Shown here in pieces: positions 12,814-26,335 of a stretch of DNA of 64,000 nt. Source of the stretch: Octopus vulgaris (Eukaryota); NCBI GenBank assembly GCA_951406725.2, contig OX597819.1, positions 53,506,001-53,570,000 on the forward strand. Direction: 5' to 3'. The position numbers were made by a program, and so were the translations under genes. The notes beneath the pieces were generated by a model. That model had not been told where the DNA came from. It did not search any database and saw only the letters and a list, made by a program, of their open reading frames with translations. Position 1 is the first letter of the stretch; each line of letters opens with the position of its first letter.

Positions 12814-13892
12814 TCATAAAAGTTTAGTGTGTCTTCTTTTTGTTTCAAACTAAATGAATTCAGATTTATAAATTAGATAATGGCTATGGACCGAAATACA
12901 ATCATAACCCTCCACAAAGGAGGCAAAAGTAATACAGCTATAGCAAAGAAGCTTAAAATTAACCAAACAACAGTGTGAAAAATTGTCAAGAAATTTCAAG
13001 AGACTGGTTCTACCACTCATTTACTTGGACATAGCTAAAAAAGAAGTGTGCAAACCTCTCAGCTATTCAAAAGTACCAAAGAAAAGATACAGCAAAATCC
13101 TCATCATTCCGTTAGGACCCATCCCTACAAGATGATCCACCGGAATGAGTTCATGCAAGTTCATAAGTCCATGAGACTGAAGAGAAGTTGTCTCATCCTG
13201 CATCAGATTGCTGAAGGCACACTGCCCAACTTGATGTTCACCAATGAAAAGAAATTTGACATCAAACAGATAGTAAACCACCAGATTGACTGACTTTAGA
13301 ATGTATTAGGCATCCAGTTAGTTATGGTTTGGGTGGTTGTGACATCCGCTGGAAAATCTCCCCTCATTTTTGTGCCCTCAGATGTTAAAAATCAACACCC
13401 AGTGAGACATTAGCAACATTCTGGAAGTTGAACTGCTTCCATGGGCGAATGAGCACTTTCAAGGCGCACCTTGGAGCCTCCAACAGGACTCAGCACCATC
13501 CCACATCTCCAAACAGACACAATACCGGATTCAGAAAAATATTCCATCGTTCATAGGCAAGGATGTTTGACTCTCAAGAAACCTTGATCTCAACCCATTG
13601 GATTTTTCTGTTTGGTCTATTTTGAGGTGAAGGTCTTGAGCACTCCTCATGCTTCACTTGACGCTCTGAAGGCAAAACTGCGCCAGGAATGGGCTTTGAT
13701 TCCACAAGAACAGCTGTGTGCCATGTGCGAAGCATTCGCACCTAGACTTAAGGCTGTGATTTGAAACAGAGGTGTTCATATCAAATCATGTTTCCTTTAC
13801 CATTGCACTGCAACACTCAGACCTGAAATATAATAATATTTTGCTTTGGCAAAATTGAAAAAAGTTGGTTGCCTTAATTTTGGGACACCTTG
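12545..13892 (+). mobile_element. Tc1/mariner DD37D (maT) transposon with both termini and an inactivated transposase
   Basis: TA-CAGGGTGTCC...GGACACCTTG-TA termini; HTH region MAMDRNTIITLHKGGKSNTAIAKKLKINQTTV*KIVKKFQETG; catalytic region QQDSAPSH...DLNPLDFSVW with 37 residues between the Ds; several stops and frameshifts. Confidence 0.92.
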
Positions 13893-13905
13893 TATAAAAG
13901 CATGT

Positions 13906-14032
13906 AAATATTGGGTTTAAAAAGCCCTTAGATGGAAAAAAGTTGAGGGGCTAATGGGACATGAACACACATTTTCTGTCCCATGGGCAGCCTTCAACTT
14001 TTTCTATCCAAAGGGGTTTTTAACTCAATATT
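13906..14032. repeat. Imperfect inverted repeat (~55-bp arms), MITE-like
   Basis: aaatattgggtttaaaaagcccttagatggaaaaaagttgagggg...atgggaca pairs with tgtcccat...ccttcaactttttctatccaaaggggtttttaactcaatattt. Confidence 0.75.
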
Positions 14033-14242
14033 TCCACCATCATTTCTAGTTTTATCCACTTTCAGATTTCATTGTTAAAAAAAAATGTTTGTGCCCCAGC
14101 ATGGCCACAGCTCATGAGCTGAAACTGGAATCAATCAATCATATATATATATATATATATAGGATAAAGAGTAAAGACCCCTCTGGTCACGAATGACCAT
14201 GGGATTGCACCAAGAAAGTTCCCCACCAAGGCACAAGTATGG

Positions 14243-14658
14243 GCACCATGCCACACTAGTAGGAGAACCCAGTCATGGCTGTCAGACAATTTCTGTGACC
14301 ATATCCGCACTAACATCTATCACCTAACTCCCCAGACTACAACCCCTTTGATTATTGTGTGTGGAGCACATTTGAGTGAGAGACCAACAAAACTTGTAAC
14401 ACTAAAGTTGAACTGAAGGCAAGGATTATGGAGGCATTCACTAATGTAAACAAGGAGACCGTCTGGAAGAATTGCAGGAGATTCTGAAGTTGTGTGGAGG
14501 CCATGGTTGAAGCTAGTGGTGATTTTATTGAATAAATTTACTGTAGTATTTTAAGATATTTTTATGTAATTTTGGTAAATATATCTGTTAAAATGAGATG
14601 TCAGTATTCTTTTCATTTTTGTGTAATTTAGACGACAGCTTATTCACCAAACCCTGTA
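14243..14658 (+). mobile_element. 3' fragment of a second maT-like Tc1/mariner element
   Basis: APCHTSRRTQSWLSDNFCDHI...PNSPDYNPFDYCVWSTFE...VEASGDFIE*; right terminus ...aaaccctg-TA. Confidence 0.8.
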
Positions 14659-14903
14659 CACACACAAAATACTCTTTTTTTCTCTTTTACTAGCTTCAGC
14701 CCAAACATTTTGGCCATGCTGGAGCACAGCCATTAATACACGCGTATGTATAAACAAATGAAAAGAGCACCCAATACATGAAGTAGAACACTGGCAGCGC
14801 TGCACTCAGATTCTCAAATACACACATGTACCATCTTTCAGAAGATGTTGCAATGTTTCAAAAATAAAGAGAAAAATGGTGAAAAGTAATATGCCCCTTC
14901 TCA

Positions 14904-14934
<31 letters not shown>

Positions 14935-17251
14935 TACATAGATGTGCAAATACAGTATTTACCCCTATTAACCTACTTAAAGTTATCACAATCTATCTAT
15001 CTGCCCACTCAATGATCCTGCCTTTCTGAGCAATCATAAAATCTGCAGATGTCACTGAAGGGAATTATAGACATAACTGCAAACACTTTCAAGGGTCAGT
15101 GCCTTCAACATTTTGTACTCATTCAGGTCAAAGAACAGGAAAAATTCCACATTGTTCTCTAAAATTCATCTAAGAACTTAGGAAGAAGAAATGCCCTCCA
15201 GTAACATGGAATATCATTGAAAGTGCAATCCCATACTTTAACAGGTTATGGAACTGTAGTCATTACCTAACCAAAAAATCCCAGGGCTTGAAGCAACAGC
15301 AACCTACAACATCTCTTAACTGGAGATCAGAAGAACATTCTGATTCCTGCAACTGGAGGAAGTTCCTCTTAGAAAATTTCCAACCACCCTAATCTTTAAT
15401 GGATCACTGGACTATAGGTTTTACCTTACTGAAAAATTCCAGATCCTAAAGTTATGTGCAATATTTCTTACTGGAGATTTTAAGTACTATCTAATTACTA
15501 CTGTCAGAGAAGGATCCTTTTAGAAAGAAAAATTTTCATAAAAATCAGCTTTAATAAGTTCCAGCAAGTCTTGCAGATAACTTTGAACTATATTGCCTTC
15601 CTCTATATCACAATAACACAAGAATAAAGAAAGCGCTACCATCCCTAAACTGGCAACATATGCAATCATATGACCAACCGTAAAGAATGATAACTGATGT
15701 TACATATGCCCTATGGACATAATACCTTCTGCTAGTTTCACATTTATTCACAATATTGTTTAAAAGACTACAAGTATAAAACCCCATGTGTGTGAGAAAC
15801 TGAATAAGAATAATGGAATGAATCACTGTTTTCCAATATATATATATCATATATATATGGAAACACTCATCTATATATGTGCATATGCACACATCAATAT
15901 AGTTGTAGTTTACACTGTACAATTTTTATTGTTTTTCCAAATTATTCATGCTTGTTTGGAAGAGAAAATAATGATTGCATTATTATTAATGCCTGAATGA
16001 CAGCTGAACACTGCTACTTTAACAGTTGGGTGCTGAATGAGAAGAAAGTTATCCAATTATAAAAACATTTGCTCCAATAAATAGGAATATGTGGAGGCTT
16101 GCAAAGCCCACTATGCCTAGAAAAATGATGCAAAAGAAGAAAAAAAGGATGGGAGATTTTTTTTTTTTTTTTTTGCCTAGTTTAATATATACACTAATAC
16201 AACTGACAACTATGAAAATATGAAGCAGATTATATAGCAGCTCTTCCTAATTCTAAACACCCACCTTAACTATAAAATAGGATCGGTGCCAATTTTAAAT
16301 AATTAGTCTTAAGTGATATAAACATTTAAATGTCAGAAGAAAGATTCGATCTAATAAACCTTTTCAGTGTGAAGTAATATCTCAAATTTTTCTTGCAACT
16401 TATTTGTACATTGATAAAGTTACATTGCAATACATGAGAAAACACACACAAATCATGATTCTTAAAAGACTTCCACTTCAATGAACCATCAATTGCCTGC
16501 TATACTAGCGATGTAATAATGTTCTCATGTGTCAGCTTGAAACAAATTTCACTGCTTTTGCTCAGGTAATCTATCAAATTTTAGAATATCTCTTTTGTAT
16601 GCATCCTACACCTTGTCAAATAATAGATAAGACAGGGGTAACATACTTAATGCATGAAGCATCAAAAAGCCATCTAGAAATAAATATACAGTGTATATGC
16701 ATATATTATGCAATGACTAATATAAAAGACATCTTTCCAGAAAATATGAGAAACAATTCAGGACATCAGCATACCACAGTTTTTCCAGATACTTGCTGAT
16801 ACAGAGATGGCTGGATTGCTAATTATTTTCCAGGATTTCCTAATTCATTATTAATTTGCTTGCTTGCCACCTTTAGCCAAGGTTTTAAATGGTCACTTAA
16901 CCCCCACAAAGACTATTTCATTTCCAAACCTCCCTAGAATCTAGCTAAGCCCCAATTACACTTTATATATTTTATCATTCTAAATATGGTACTCCACCCA
17001 ACCAGATTCAAATATGCAACACACATATTTTCAAGATATTATCCCACCTATGTGCATGCATACAAACATACACATTGTACTGAACCCTTCTTCTAAAGCA
17101 ACATATTTTGAAATTATTTTCCTGTACATGTTTTCACTAGACTTTGAAGAATATTAATAGCACCTCACTATTCTAATCTTTGTATCCATACAACAGTTAG
17201 ATTAGCTTTGAATGTAACTCCATAACTAAAGTAACTGATAAATAATAATTC

Positions 17252-17700
17252 TTATTTCTTTACTGCCCACAAGGGGCTACACACAGAGGGGACAGACAAG
17301 GACAGACAAACGGATTAAGTCGATTATATCGACCCCAGTGCGTAACTGGTACTTATTTAATCGACCCCCAAAAGAATGAAAGGCAAAGTCAACTGGGGCG
17401 GGGGGGGGGGGGCAGTTGATTACATCAACCCCAGCACTTGACTGGTATTTTATTTCACTGGCTATGAAAAGATGAAAGCAAAATTGCCCTCAGTGGTATT
17501 TGAATACAGATTGTAAAGAACTACAAGAATGCTGCTAAGCATTTCATCTGATGTGCTACTAGCATGGACATAGCCACAACATTGTGGGACTGAGGCACAA
17601 TTGAGTGAAATGATCTCAATACATGAATAGCGATTTACTTTATTAACCCTGGAAAGGGTGAAAGGCAAAGTCAACCTAAGTGCAGTTGGAACTCAAAATG
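17252..17700 (-). mobile_element. Cluster of SINE family B copies
   Basis: tttctttactgcccacaagggg...gaaaggcaaagtcaac is the reverse complement of 36842-37072; further partial copies follow. Confidence 0.75.
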
Positions 17701-19318
17701 TTAAAAAGACAAAACTAATTACTACTACAAAAACAATTAGTCTGAACTCTATTGCCCTTTTATTAATGATCTGTCAGCCAGTACACAATTGCCACCCAAT
17801 AATATAACAAGACTCACACAACACATACTGAATATAATCACCCAACACGAAATACAATTCAAACAACAAATACAAAAAACAATAACTACAAATTCAGAGA
17901 TGACACTAAAATAACACCAGAAACAACAAAACGAAATTGATATACCATACAAATAAAATTCTACACACCCAAAACAATGCTACACACATATCAAGAAAAC
18001 AAAGGTGAAACATAATAATGGTGATAGTGATAATTTCTTGGACACAAGATCACAAATTTTAAAGAAAAGGGTATAATCAATTGAACTGACTCTTACTACA
18101 TGACTTGGAACTTATTTTATCAACGCTGGAAGAATGACAGACAAAGTTGACATGAAATTCGAACTCGGAATAAGGGGGATGAAACTAAATGCTGCATGAC
18201 ATTACTGTTGTAATTTCATAGCTGTAATAAAATAATCGCCAGCAATTTTGAGGGAAAGGGGTTAGTCAATTACATCATCATCACAGTTTTAGCATCTCCC
18301 TTTCCCTGTTCACATAGGTTGGAAGTAATTCATAGAGGCAGATTTTCAACGGTTAGCCACTCTTCCTGTCATCAACCCTCACCTGTTTCCAAGTAAGGTA
18401 ATAGTTCCCATGATCACACGTTTCCATGAAAGACTGGAAATGAAGAACATCGCTTACATGATGGTGACTCTCGTTCATAGCTATCATATGATGTCCAGAT
18501 AAGAAGACACTTAGACACACACACAAGCACATACACATAGTGGGCTTCTTTCAGTTTCCATCTACCAAAATTTACTGGAAAGAGTTTGATCAGCTTGGGG
18601 CTATGGTAGAAGACACTTGCCCAAAGGACTGAACTGAAAACCATGGGTACAGAAGAAAACTTCTTAACCATATAGCTTTTGTAAGCTAATTATTTAAATT
18701 AGTCCTTCAATATATAACTTCCTAAATCTAAATCTCTCTCAGCCTTCATTCTTCTTTGATTCTTCATGTAAATTTCTAATTGGAACCTCTTCTTGGCTAT
18801 ATATTTTTTGTACCACCCATCTAAATTAACCCTTGCTTGTTTATGATGCGCCCGCCCACTCCTACTCTCCACCACCAATACCAGATCTCTCTCTCTCTCT
18901 TCTCCCTCCACCATTACCGGATATCTCTCTTCTCTCACCAGAAACCCTCTCCCTCACTGGTGGTATCCTCTATCATACCTGTAATCTCCTCTCCCTCTCC
19001 CGGACAAATGCAACATGTTTAGCTGCCCACCTATTTAATCGGCTATCTTTCATCTTGTCTCAAAATTTGTCAACAAACTACTCAGTAATTTCCATGGACG
19101 TATGGAAGGGAAAGGGAAAGTTAATGGGCTATATGTGTGTGGTTGTTCCGTGTGAGTGTGTGTGTGTGCATTTGTTCTTGTCTGTGTGTGTGTGTGGATA
19201 TGTGCGTGCACATTCTAATGAGTGTGCTTGTTCCCCTCTTCTCTCACCGGAAACCCCTTCCCTCACTGGTGGTATCCTCTATCATACCTGCAATTTTTTC
19301 TCCCAGCACAAATGCAAC

Positions 19319-21846
19319 TTGGAAGGACTGGAAAAATGGTGGTAGCAGGAAATTGTATCTGACTGCCAAAAGGGAAGCTAGGAGTCAGGTATATTTAGCC
19401 AAGGGGGAAGCAGATAAGAACAAATTTGTTAATGTTCTGCACCATGAGGACCAAAAACTTCAGGTATTTCGTGATGCAAGACAGTGTGTAAGAGAGAATC
19501 AGGATGTCATAGGAAAGAAATGTTTTTGCATGGCTGATGGTTCACTTGCATTAAATGAGGCTGCAAAGAGAGAGGTATGGAAATGCCACTATGAAAGGTT
19601 GCTAAATAAAGAGAGTGAATGGGAGAAAGAGAACCTGCCGAATGCCAACCCAACAGAGGGACCAGCTATCCGAATTGACAGTGCCTTGGTAGATAAAGCA
19701 ATTAAGGGTATGAAGACAGGGAAAGCCCCCGGCCCCTCAGGAATCACCGCAGAGATGCTCAAAATATCTGGCAGTGTTGGTTATAGCCTAGTCACCCATA
19801 TAGTCAACCAGGTGATACATGAAGAAGTCATACCCAATGACTGGTGTAGCACTATCATAATCAACTGCTACAAAGGTAAAGGTGACGCATTATATACAAA
19901 TAATTACAGAGATATCAAGTTGTTGGATCAGGTAAAGAAAGTCACAGAGAGAGTTGTAGTCTAACTAATTAGGAAGAGGGTCAGTCTAGACGAGATGCAG
20001 TTTGGGTTTGTGCCAGGGAAAAGCACCACTGATGCTATATTTCTGGTAAGACAGCTGCAGGAGAAATACCTGACCAAAGATAAGCCCCTGTACCTGGCTT
20101 TTGTTGACATGGAGAAAGTCTTCAACAGGGTCCCCCAATTCCTTATCTGATGGTCAATGAGGAAGCTAGGGATAGATAAATTGTTAGTGAGAACTGTGCA
20201 AACCATGTACAGGGACACTGTCAATAAGGTAAGGGTTGACAATGAGTACAGTGAAGAATTCCAGGTAGAGGTAGGGGTCCACCAAGGTTCAGTCCTCAGC
20301 CCCCTCCTATTTATCACAGTCCTCCAAGCAATAAGAAGAATTGAAGACAGGATGCCCCTGAGAGCTCCTCTATGCTGATGAGCTGGCTCATATTGCTGAG
20401 TCATAATCAGAACTAGGGCAGAAGTTTCAGGTGTGGAAGCAAGGATTAGAATTGAAGGGCCTTAGAGTCAACCTAGCTAAAACCAAAGTCTTAATAAGTA
20501 GGAAGGCAGACAAACCACAAATCCCTTCAGGTAGATGGCCCTGCTCGATCTGTAGAAAGGCGTAGGTAGAAACTCTGTAAGATATACCCAGTGTAAGCTA
20601 TGGACACATAAGAGGTGCAGTAATATAAAAGGAAGGCTAACTGGGAAGATAGTTTTTGTATGCATCAGATGCTCTGGAGAAATAAACACTGGAAATGTGC
20701 AGAGAACAACTTCTGTCACATTCCAGGGAGAAAAACTAGAAGTAGTTGACAGCTTCCATTCCCTTGGTGACCAAGTCAGTAGTAGGGGTAGATGTTCTGA
20801 AAATGTAGCTGCTAGAATAAAAATAGCCTGGGCAAAGTTCAGAGAGCTCCTACCTCTGCTGGTAACAAAGGGCTTTTCGCTCAGAGTAAAAGGTAGACTG
20901 TATGACGCATGTGTACGAACAGCCATGCTACATGGCAATGAAACATGGGCCGTGACTGCTGAGGACATGCGTAAGCTTGCAAGGAATGAAGTCAATATGC
21001 TCTGCTGGGTGTGTAATGTCAGTGTGCATACATGACTGAGTGTAAGCGCCTTGATAGAAAAGTTGGACTTAAGAAGTATCAGATGTGGTGCACAAGAGAG
21101 CCGACTGCGATGGTATGGACATGTGGTGCTAATGGATGAGGACAGCTGTGTGAAAAAGTGTCACACCCTAGCAGTTGAGGGAATCTGTGGAAGAGGTAGA
21201 CCCAGGAAGACCTGGGATGAAGTGGTGAAGCATGACCTTCGAATATTGGGCCTCACCAAGGCAATGACTAGTGACCAAGACCTTTGGAAATATGCTGTGC
21301 TTCAGAAGACCCAGCAAGCCAAGTGAGACCATAACCCGTGGCCTACGCCAGCGGAGTAACCAGCCTACTTATGCACTGCGTGCAAAGACCTGTTGAGGCA
21401 AGTGAAATCACAATCAAAATCAAATTCGCTGACGTGGCCGATGACAGCACCGCTTGACTGGCACCCATGCCAGTGGAATGTTAAAAGCACCATCCGAGCA
21501 TGAACACTGCCAGGGCCGCTGACTGCCAGTGGCACATAAAAAGCACCTTAGTGGCACATGAAAAACAACATTCAAGTAAGGTTGCTGCCAGTGCCGCTGG
21601 TCTGGCTCCTATGCAGGTGGCACATAAAAAACACCACTTAAGCATGGCTCTTGCCAGTACTGCCTGAATGGCCTTTGTGCCGGTGGCACATAAAGCACCC
21701 ACTACATTCTTGGAGTGGTTGGCATTAGGAGGGCATCCAGCTGTACCAAATCAGATTGGAGCCTGGTGCAATCATCTGGCTCACCAGTCCTCAGTCAAAC
21801 CATCCCACTCATTCCAGCATGGAAAGCATATGCTAAACGATGATGA

Positions 21847-21849
<3 letters not shown>
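19319..21849 (+). mobile_element. 5'-truncated RTE-clade LINE (RT, PHD-like finger, C-terminus, repeat-rich 3' UTR, (GAT)n tail); inactive; antisense to SMG5
   Basis: RT motifs KAPGPSGITAEMLK, YKGKGDA, QFGFVPGKST, AFVDMEK, GVHQGSVLSPLLF, LLYADE; RTE C-terminus LRWYGHV...RGRPRKTW; stops at about 19962 and 20148 plus frameshifts. Confidence 0.95.
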
Positions 21850-21889
<40 letters not shown>

Positions 21890-21892
<3 letters not shown>

Positions 21893-22256
21893 GACCTTCG
21901 AATGCTGGACGATGACAAGTGACCGAGACCTTTGAAGATATGTTGTGCTTGAGAAGAACCAGAAAGCTAAGTGAGACCGTAACCATAGCCTATGCCAGTG
22001 CAGCATAACCAGCCCATTTAAGAGTACCCTTCAACCATTGAGCAATAAACTGTGCTTGCAAAGACCTGTTGTGGAAAGTGAAGTCGTTGTCTTGGCCAAT
22101 GACAATACTGCCTGATTGGCACCCGTGCCAACTGACTGGTCCCATGCCGGTGGCACGTAAATAGCACCATTCAAGTGTGATTCTTGCCAGTGCCACCTGA
22201 TTGGCACCTGTGCCAATGGCACATAAAAGGTACCATTCAAGCCTGGCCGATGCCAT
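21890..22256 (+). mobile_element. Second fragment of the same RTE family (ORF end and start of 3' UTR)
   Basis: atgaccttcgaat...gacctttg...aagtgagacc...ccagcc repeats about 21232-21480. Confidence 0.85.
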
Positions 22257-23489
22257 ATGTGTGTGTGTGTGTGTGTGCACATGTGTTATTGTCTCCTTGC
22301 CTTAACATCATGTAACAGTTATAAACAAGTGTCACCATCATATGAGCAATGTCCTTCATTTCTTATTTACTGTAAAAGCATGTTTGATCATGAAGAAATA
22401 TTACCTTACTTGAAAACAGGTGAGGGTTAGCATCTGATCATAGAAAATGATAATGATCATACACATAAATATGGCGAGCTTCTACAATTTCCATCCATAA
22501 GTTAATTAGGGAACCAAAGGTAGAAGACAACTTGCCCAAAGTGCTGTGCAATGGGATTGAACCCATAACCACACATCTTAACCACATACCAATACCTACT
22601 TAACAGGGTATTATGACTGAAAATATTCCAAAGAGAGTATAGGTCTCATTTTACACCTTCTCGGTAATACTACAGTATAAAGGACACAGAGTAGGAAGTG
22701 TTAAGTACCATCAACATCACCACCACAAAGGAGAGAGGGATGAAAACTTTTTGGAAACACTCAGTTGATACAAAGTTTATTCATTATGCATCATCCATTT
22801 CCAGCCTATGTCCTAACATTGCTTTGTTGTGAGTGCATATGTATTTTTGTTTTGTTTTTGTGCACATTCACCACTTAACACTGGAAAACTAGGCTTCAAT
22901 ATCCATCTGTATGCCAATCCTCCTTCAAGTAAACACAATACTTCATTTCACTACGAATGTCTTTACAGCTGTAAGGCATCAAACGTCAGGCAAATGCATC
23001 AAACAAATTAACAAATTCATTAACAACAAAAGAATTTTCTTTCTCAGTACATGGAAGAGAAAGAATTCTTTTGCTGTTAATAAATGCCTGAGTTCTCTGC
23101 ACAACTATTTTGAATTGCTACAAATTTAGGCCATTTTGACATTACAGATCTAAAACTGATTACATTGTCATGGTAACCAAACAAGTCTATTCGTCAAATA
23201 AATAAACTTTTGTGACACTTTGAAGCATTGTCAGTAAACCATAAAGCCTCAGACTAATATTATTTCTACATTCTCTCCCTTCCTTAACACCAGATATGGT
23301 GTGTTGCTATTGAGATTGCTGGCTGACACCATCATTACCAGATCCACCTGAAAACCCAGTCTCCATATCACTCTTACTAGTCTTAAAAATTATTGTACAG
23401 CTGGCAGAGAGCTTTTGAATTTAAGAAATAAGTTATCTGTAGTCTGAACTCAATATACTAAACTAAAATTTAAAAAATATGCAAACTAG

Positions 23490-23577
23490 CATCTTGGGCA
23501 AGTGTCTTCTGCTGTAGCCCCGGGCCGACCAATGCCTTGTGAGTGGATTTGGTAGACGGAAACTGAAAGAAGCCTGT

Positions 23578-23626
<49 letters not shown>

Positions 23627-23846
23627 GAATGTGTGTGTGTGTTTGTGTGTCTGTGTTTGTCCCCCTAGCATTGCTTGACAACCGATGCTGGTGTGTGCTT
23701 ACGTCCCCGTCACTTAGCGGTTCGGCAAAAGAGACCGATAGAATAAGTACTGGGCTTACAAAGAATAAGTCTCGGGGTCGATTTGCTCGACTAAAGGCGG
23801 TGCTCCAGCATGGCCGCAGTCAAATGACTGAAACAAGTAAAAGAAA
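23490..23846 (+). mobile_element. SINE family A, young (CpG-rich), 5'-truncated
   Basis: Collinear with 8598-8989 and retains many CpGs. Confidence 0.85.
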
Positions 23847-24867
23847 AAAAAAAAAAAAGACTGTACAGCTAACGAATAAATTTGAAAGCAGAAAAAGTAC
23901 TGACTGTCAACAAGGCATTCTGAGGCCTAATCTATTTAACATGACTCCTGAGCTTCAGTGCTCATTTTGTCCCAGGATTCCAATAGTTAGTCTGCATTAC
24001 CCCATAAGGAGCATAGGACCAGTTTCCCAGTTTTTTTTACAGGAATAATCATTTTTACCAGCTGAGTGAACTGGAGCAATGTGAAATTAACTATTTTGCT
24101 CAAGAACATAAACACATTGTCAGGTTCAACAACTGAAACTACAATCTTATGATCATGAGTCTAACACCCTAACCACTAAGCCATGCATCTCCATTACCAT
24201 ATCTTAATTTTGATATGAGAGTCATAATATTTTTTTTTTCATTATACATGAGGCAAGATTCACAGTGTTTTTACTTATGACCCTCTGGTGGATCACTTTG
24301 TACTTTCCATTTTGCTAATTATATTTTGTTTGCTCAGGCTTCTATTTTACCTCTTTACATGGTGAAATTCAGTATTATATAAATGTGAAAATCTAAAAAA
24401 AAAAAACTGCTATAGAATATATGTTCCATAATCACATACTTAAGCAATTCCCAAAAAGTTCATAGAAAAGAAATAATGGGATGAACCACCAGAGAGTCAT
24501 GTGGGTCATGCAAATATATCACCATGACCCCTTTGGTGGGTTGTGTAGGAGCCACAACATGTTAAGAGCACAACACAATGGCTGTAAGATTTTAAACTTT
24601 TGATCAAGTGGTGGTAGTCATATTAATAAGTAAAACCTTATAGCCAGTATGTATCAACATAATGTTGATGTTTCCTGCATGCATGCAATGGATGCTTAAA
24701 CAAAGATGAATGCAAACAAAACAGATTTTAATATAATCTTTCAATTTCATGAAAGACAGCTGAGAAAAAACTGGTACACAGAAGCTATATACACACTACT
24801 TCAATTGTATGGTTTTGATTTTCAACATTGCATATGTTGACTCAAGTACCAGTAGTCATATGACCGT

Positions 24868-25508
24868 GTAGTAAGAAGCTTGCTTCCTAACCATTATACT
24901 TCTGGATTCAGTGCCACTGCATGACATCTAGGGCAGGTATCTTGTAACTATAGCCTTGCGTCAGCCAAAGCCTTGTGAGTGGATTTAGTAGGCAGAAACT
25001 GAAAGAAATTTGTTGTATAATGTGTGTGTGTGTGTGTTTATCACCCACCACCACATGACAACTGGTGTTGGTGTGTTTATGTCCCCATAACTTAACAGTT
25101 CATCAAAACTGACTGATAGAATAAGTACCAGGCATAAAAGAAAAAAGAAAGAAAGTAGGCATTCGGGTCAATTCATTCAATTCAAAATTTTTCAAGGTTA
25201 TGGCCCTGCATGGCCGCAGTCCAATGACTGAAACCAGTATAGGCGCAAGAGTGACTGTGTGGTAAAAAGCTTGCTTACCAACCACATGGTTCTAGGTTCA
25301 GTCCCACTGCGTACCACATTGGACAAGTGCCTTCTACTATAGCCTTAGGCCAACCAAAGCCTTGTGAGTGGATTTGGTAAACAGAAACTGAAAGAAGCCC
25401 GCCGTATGTGTGTGTTGGCGTGTTTACGTCCCCATAACTTAACAGTTTTGTTCGACTAAAGGCGGTGCTCCAGTACAGTCACAGTCAAATGACTGAAACA
25501 AGTAAAAT
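24868..25508 (+). mobile_element. Two tandem SINE family A copies
   Basis: Heads at about 24868 and 25240; both end in gactgaaa tails. Confidence 0.8.
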
Positions 25509-25580
25509 AATACTAAAATACACTGTTTTTTGTTCTTTTACTTATCTGTCTTTTTGTGTATTTTTTAAGGATATAAATAT

Positions 25581-25873
25581 ACTCTATTTGTTTCAGTCAT
25601 CTGACTGCAGCCATGCTGGAACACTGCCTTAAAGGGTTTTAGTCGAAGAAATCAATCCCAGGATTTCTTTATAAGCCTAGTACTTATTCTATAGGTCTCT
25701 TTTGCTGAACCACTAAGTTACGGGAATGTAAACACACCAACACTAAAATGATGGTGGGAGGACAAACACTGACACAAACACACATATACAACAGGCTTCT
25801 TTTTGTTTCCATCTACAAAATCCACTCACAAGGCTTTGGTTGCCCCAAAGCTATAGTACAAGACACTTGCCCA
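25581..25873 (-). mobile_element. SINE family A, inverted relative to the adjacent copies
   Basis: tgtttcagtcatctgactgcagccatgctgga...gacacttgccca is the reverse complement of family A. Confidence 0.8.
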
Positions 25874-26335
25874 ACATAAAATAAAACAAAAATGTTTACT
25901 ACATAGTCCAACAAATTATTCAAGAAATATATTTCTCCTTCTAAGTAGTTGGAGTTAGCATTCTTCAAGATTGCCTCTCCTTTTTAAAAAGCAAGCAAAA
26001 TATTTTTAATCTTCCTCTAAATAAAGTTGAAAATGAGAAAAATGCACAATAATTTACATCTTAGAAATCTTACAAGAACCAGTAGCAAAATTTGTCACTG
26101 AAAACTGAGAGCAGGTGCACAATGCAGGAGCTTTTGCTCTCTTCAAGAAGTTGCGGTAACTTGGAGTCCTTGATATTTTCCTTCAAAATATAACGGATGT
26201 AGGATAGTTAACATACTTAAGCAACACCTGCTCCTGCTGGAATTAACAGTCAGATCCTGCTCCAATTAAACTATTCTATCTTAGAAAAAGAACACATTAA
26301 GACACAAAGTCCTATATGTATATATATATATATAT

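Noticed and set aside
17394-17412. G-run as a functional G-quadruplex
   Set aside because: A simple homopolymer at a junction between SINE fragments, with no other support.
19137-19318. Cys/Val-rich N-terminus of the 275-aa ORF
   Set aside because: It derives from (TG)n and flanking repeat sequence; LINE homology starts at about 19319.
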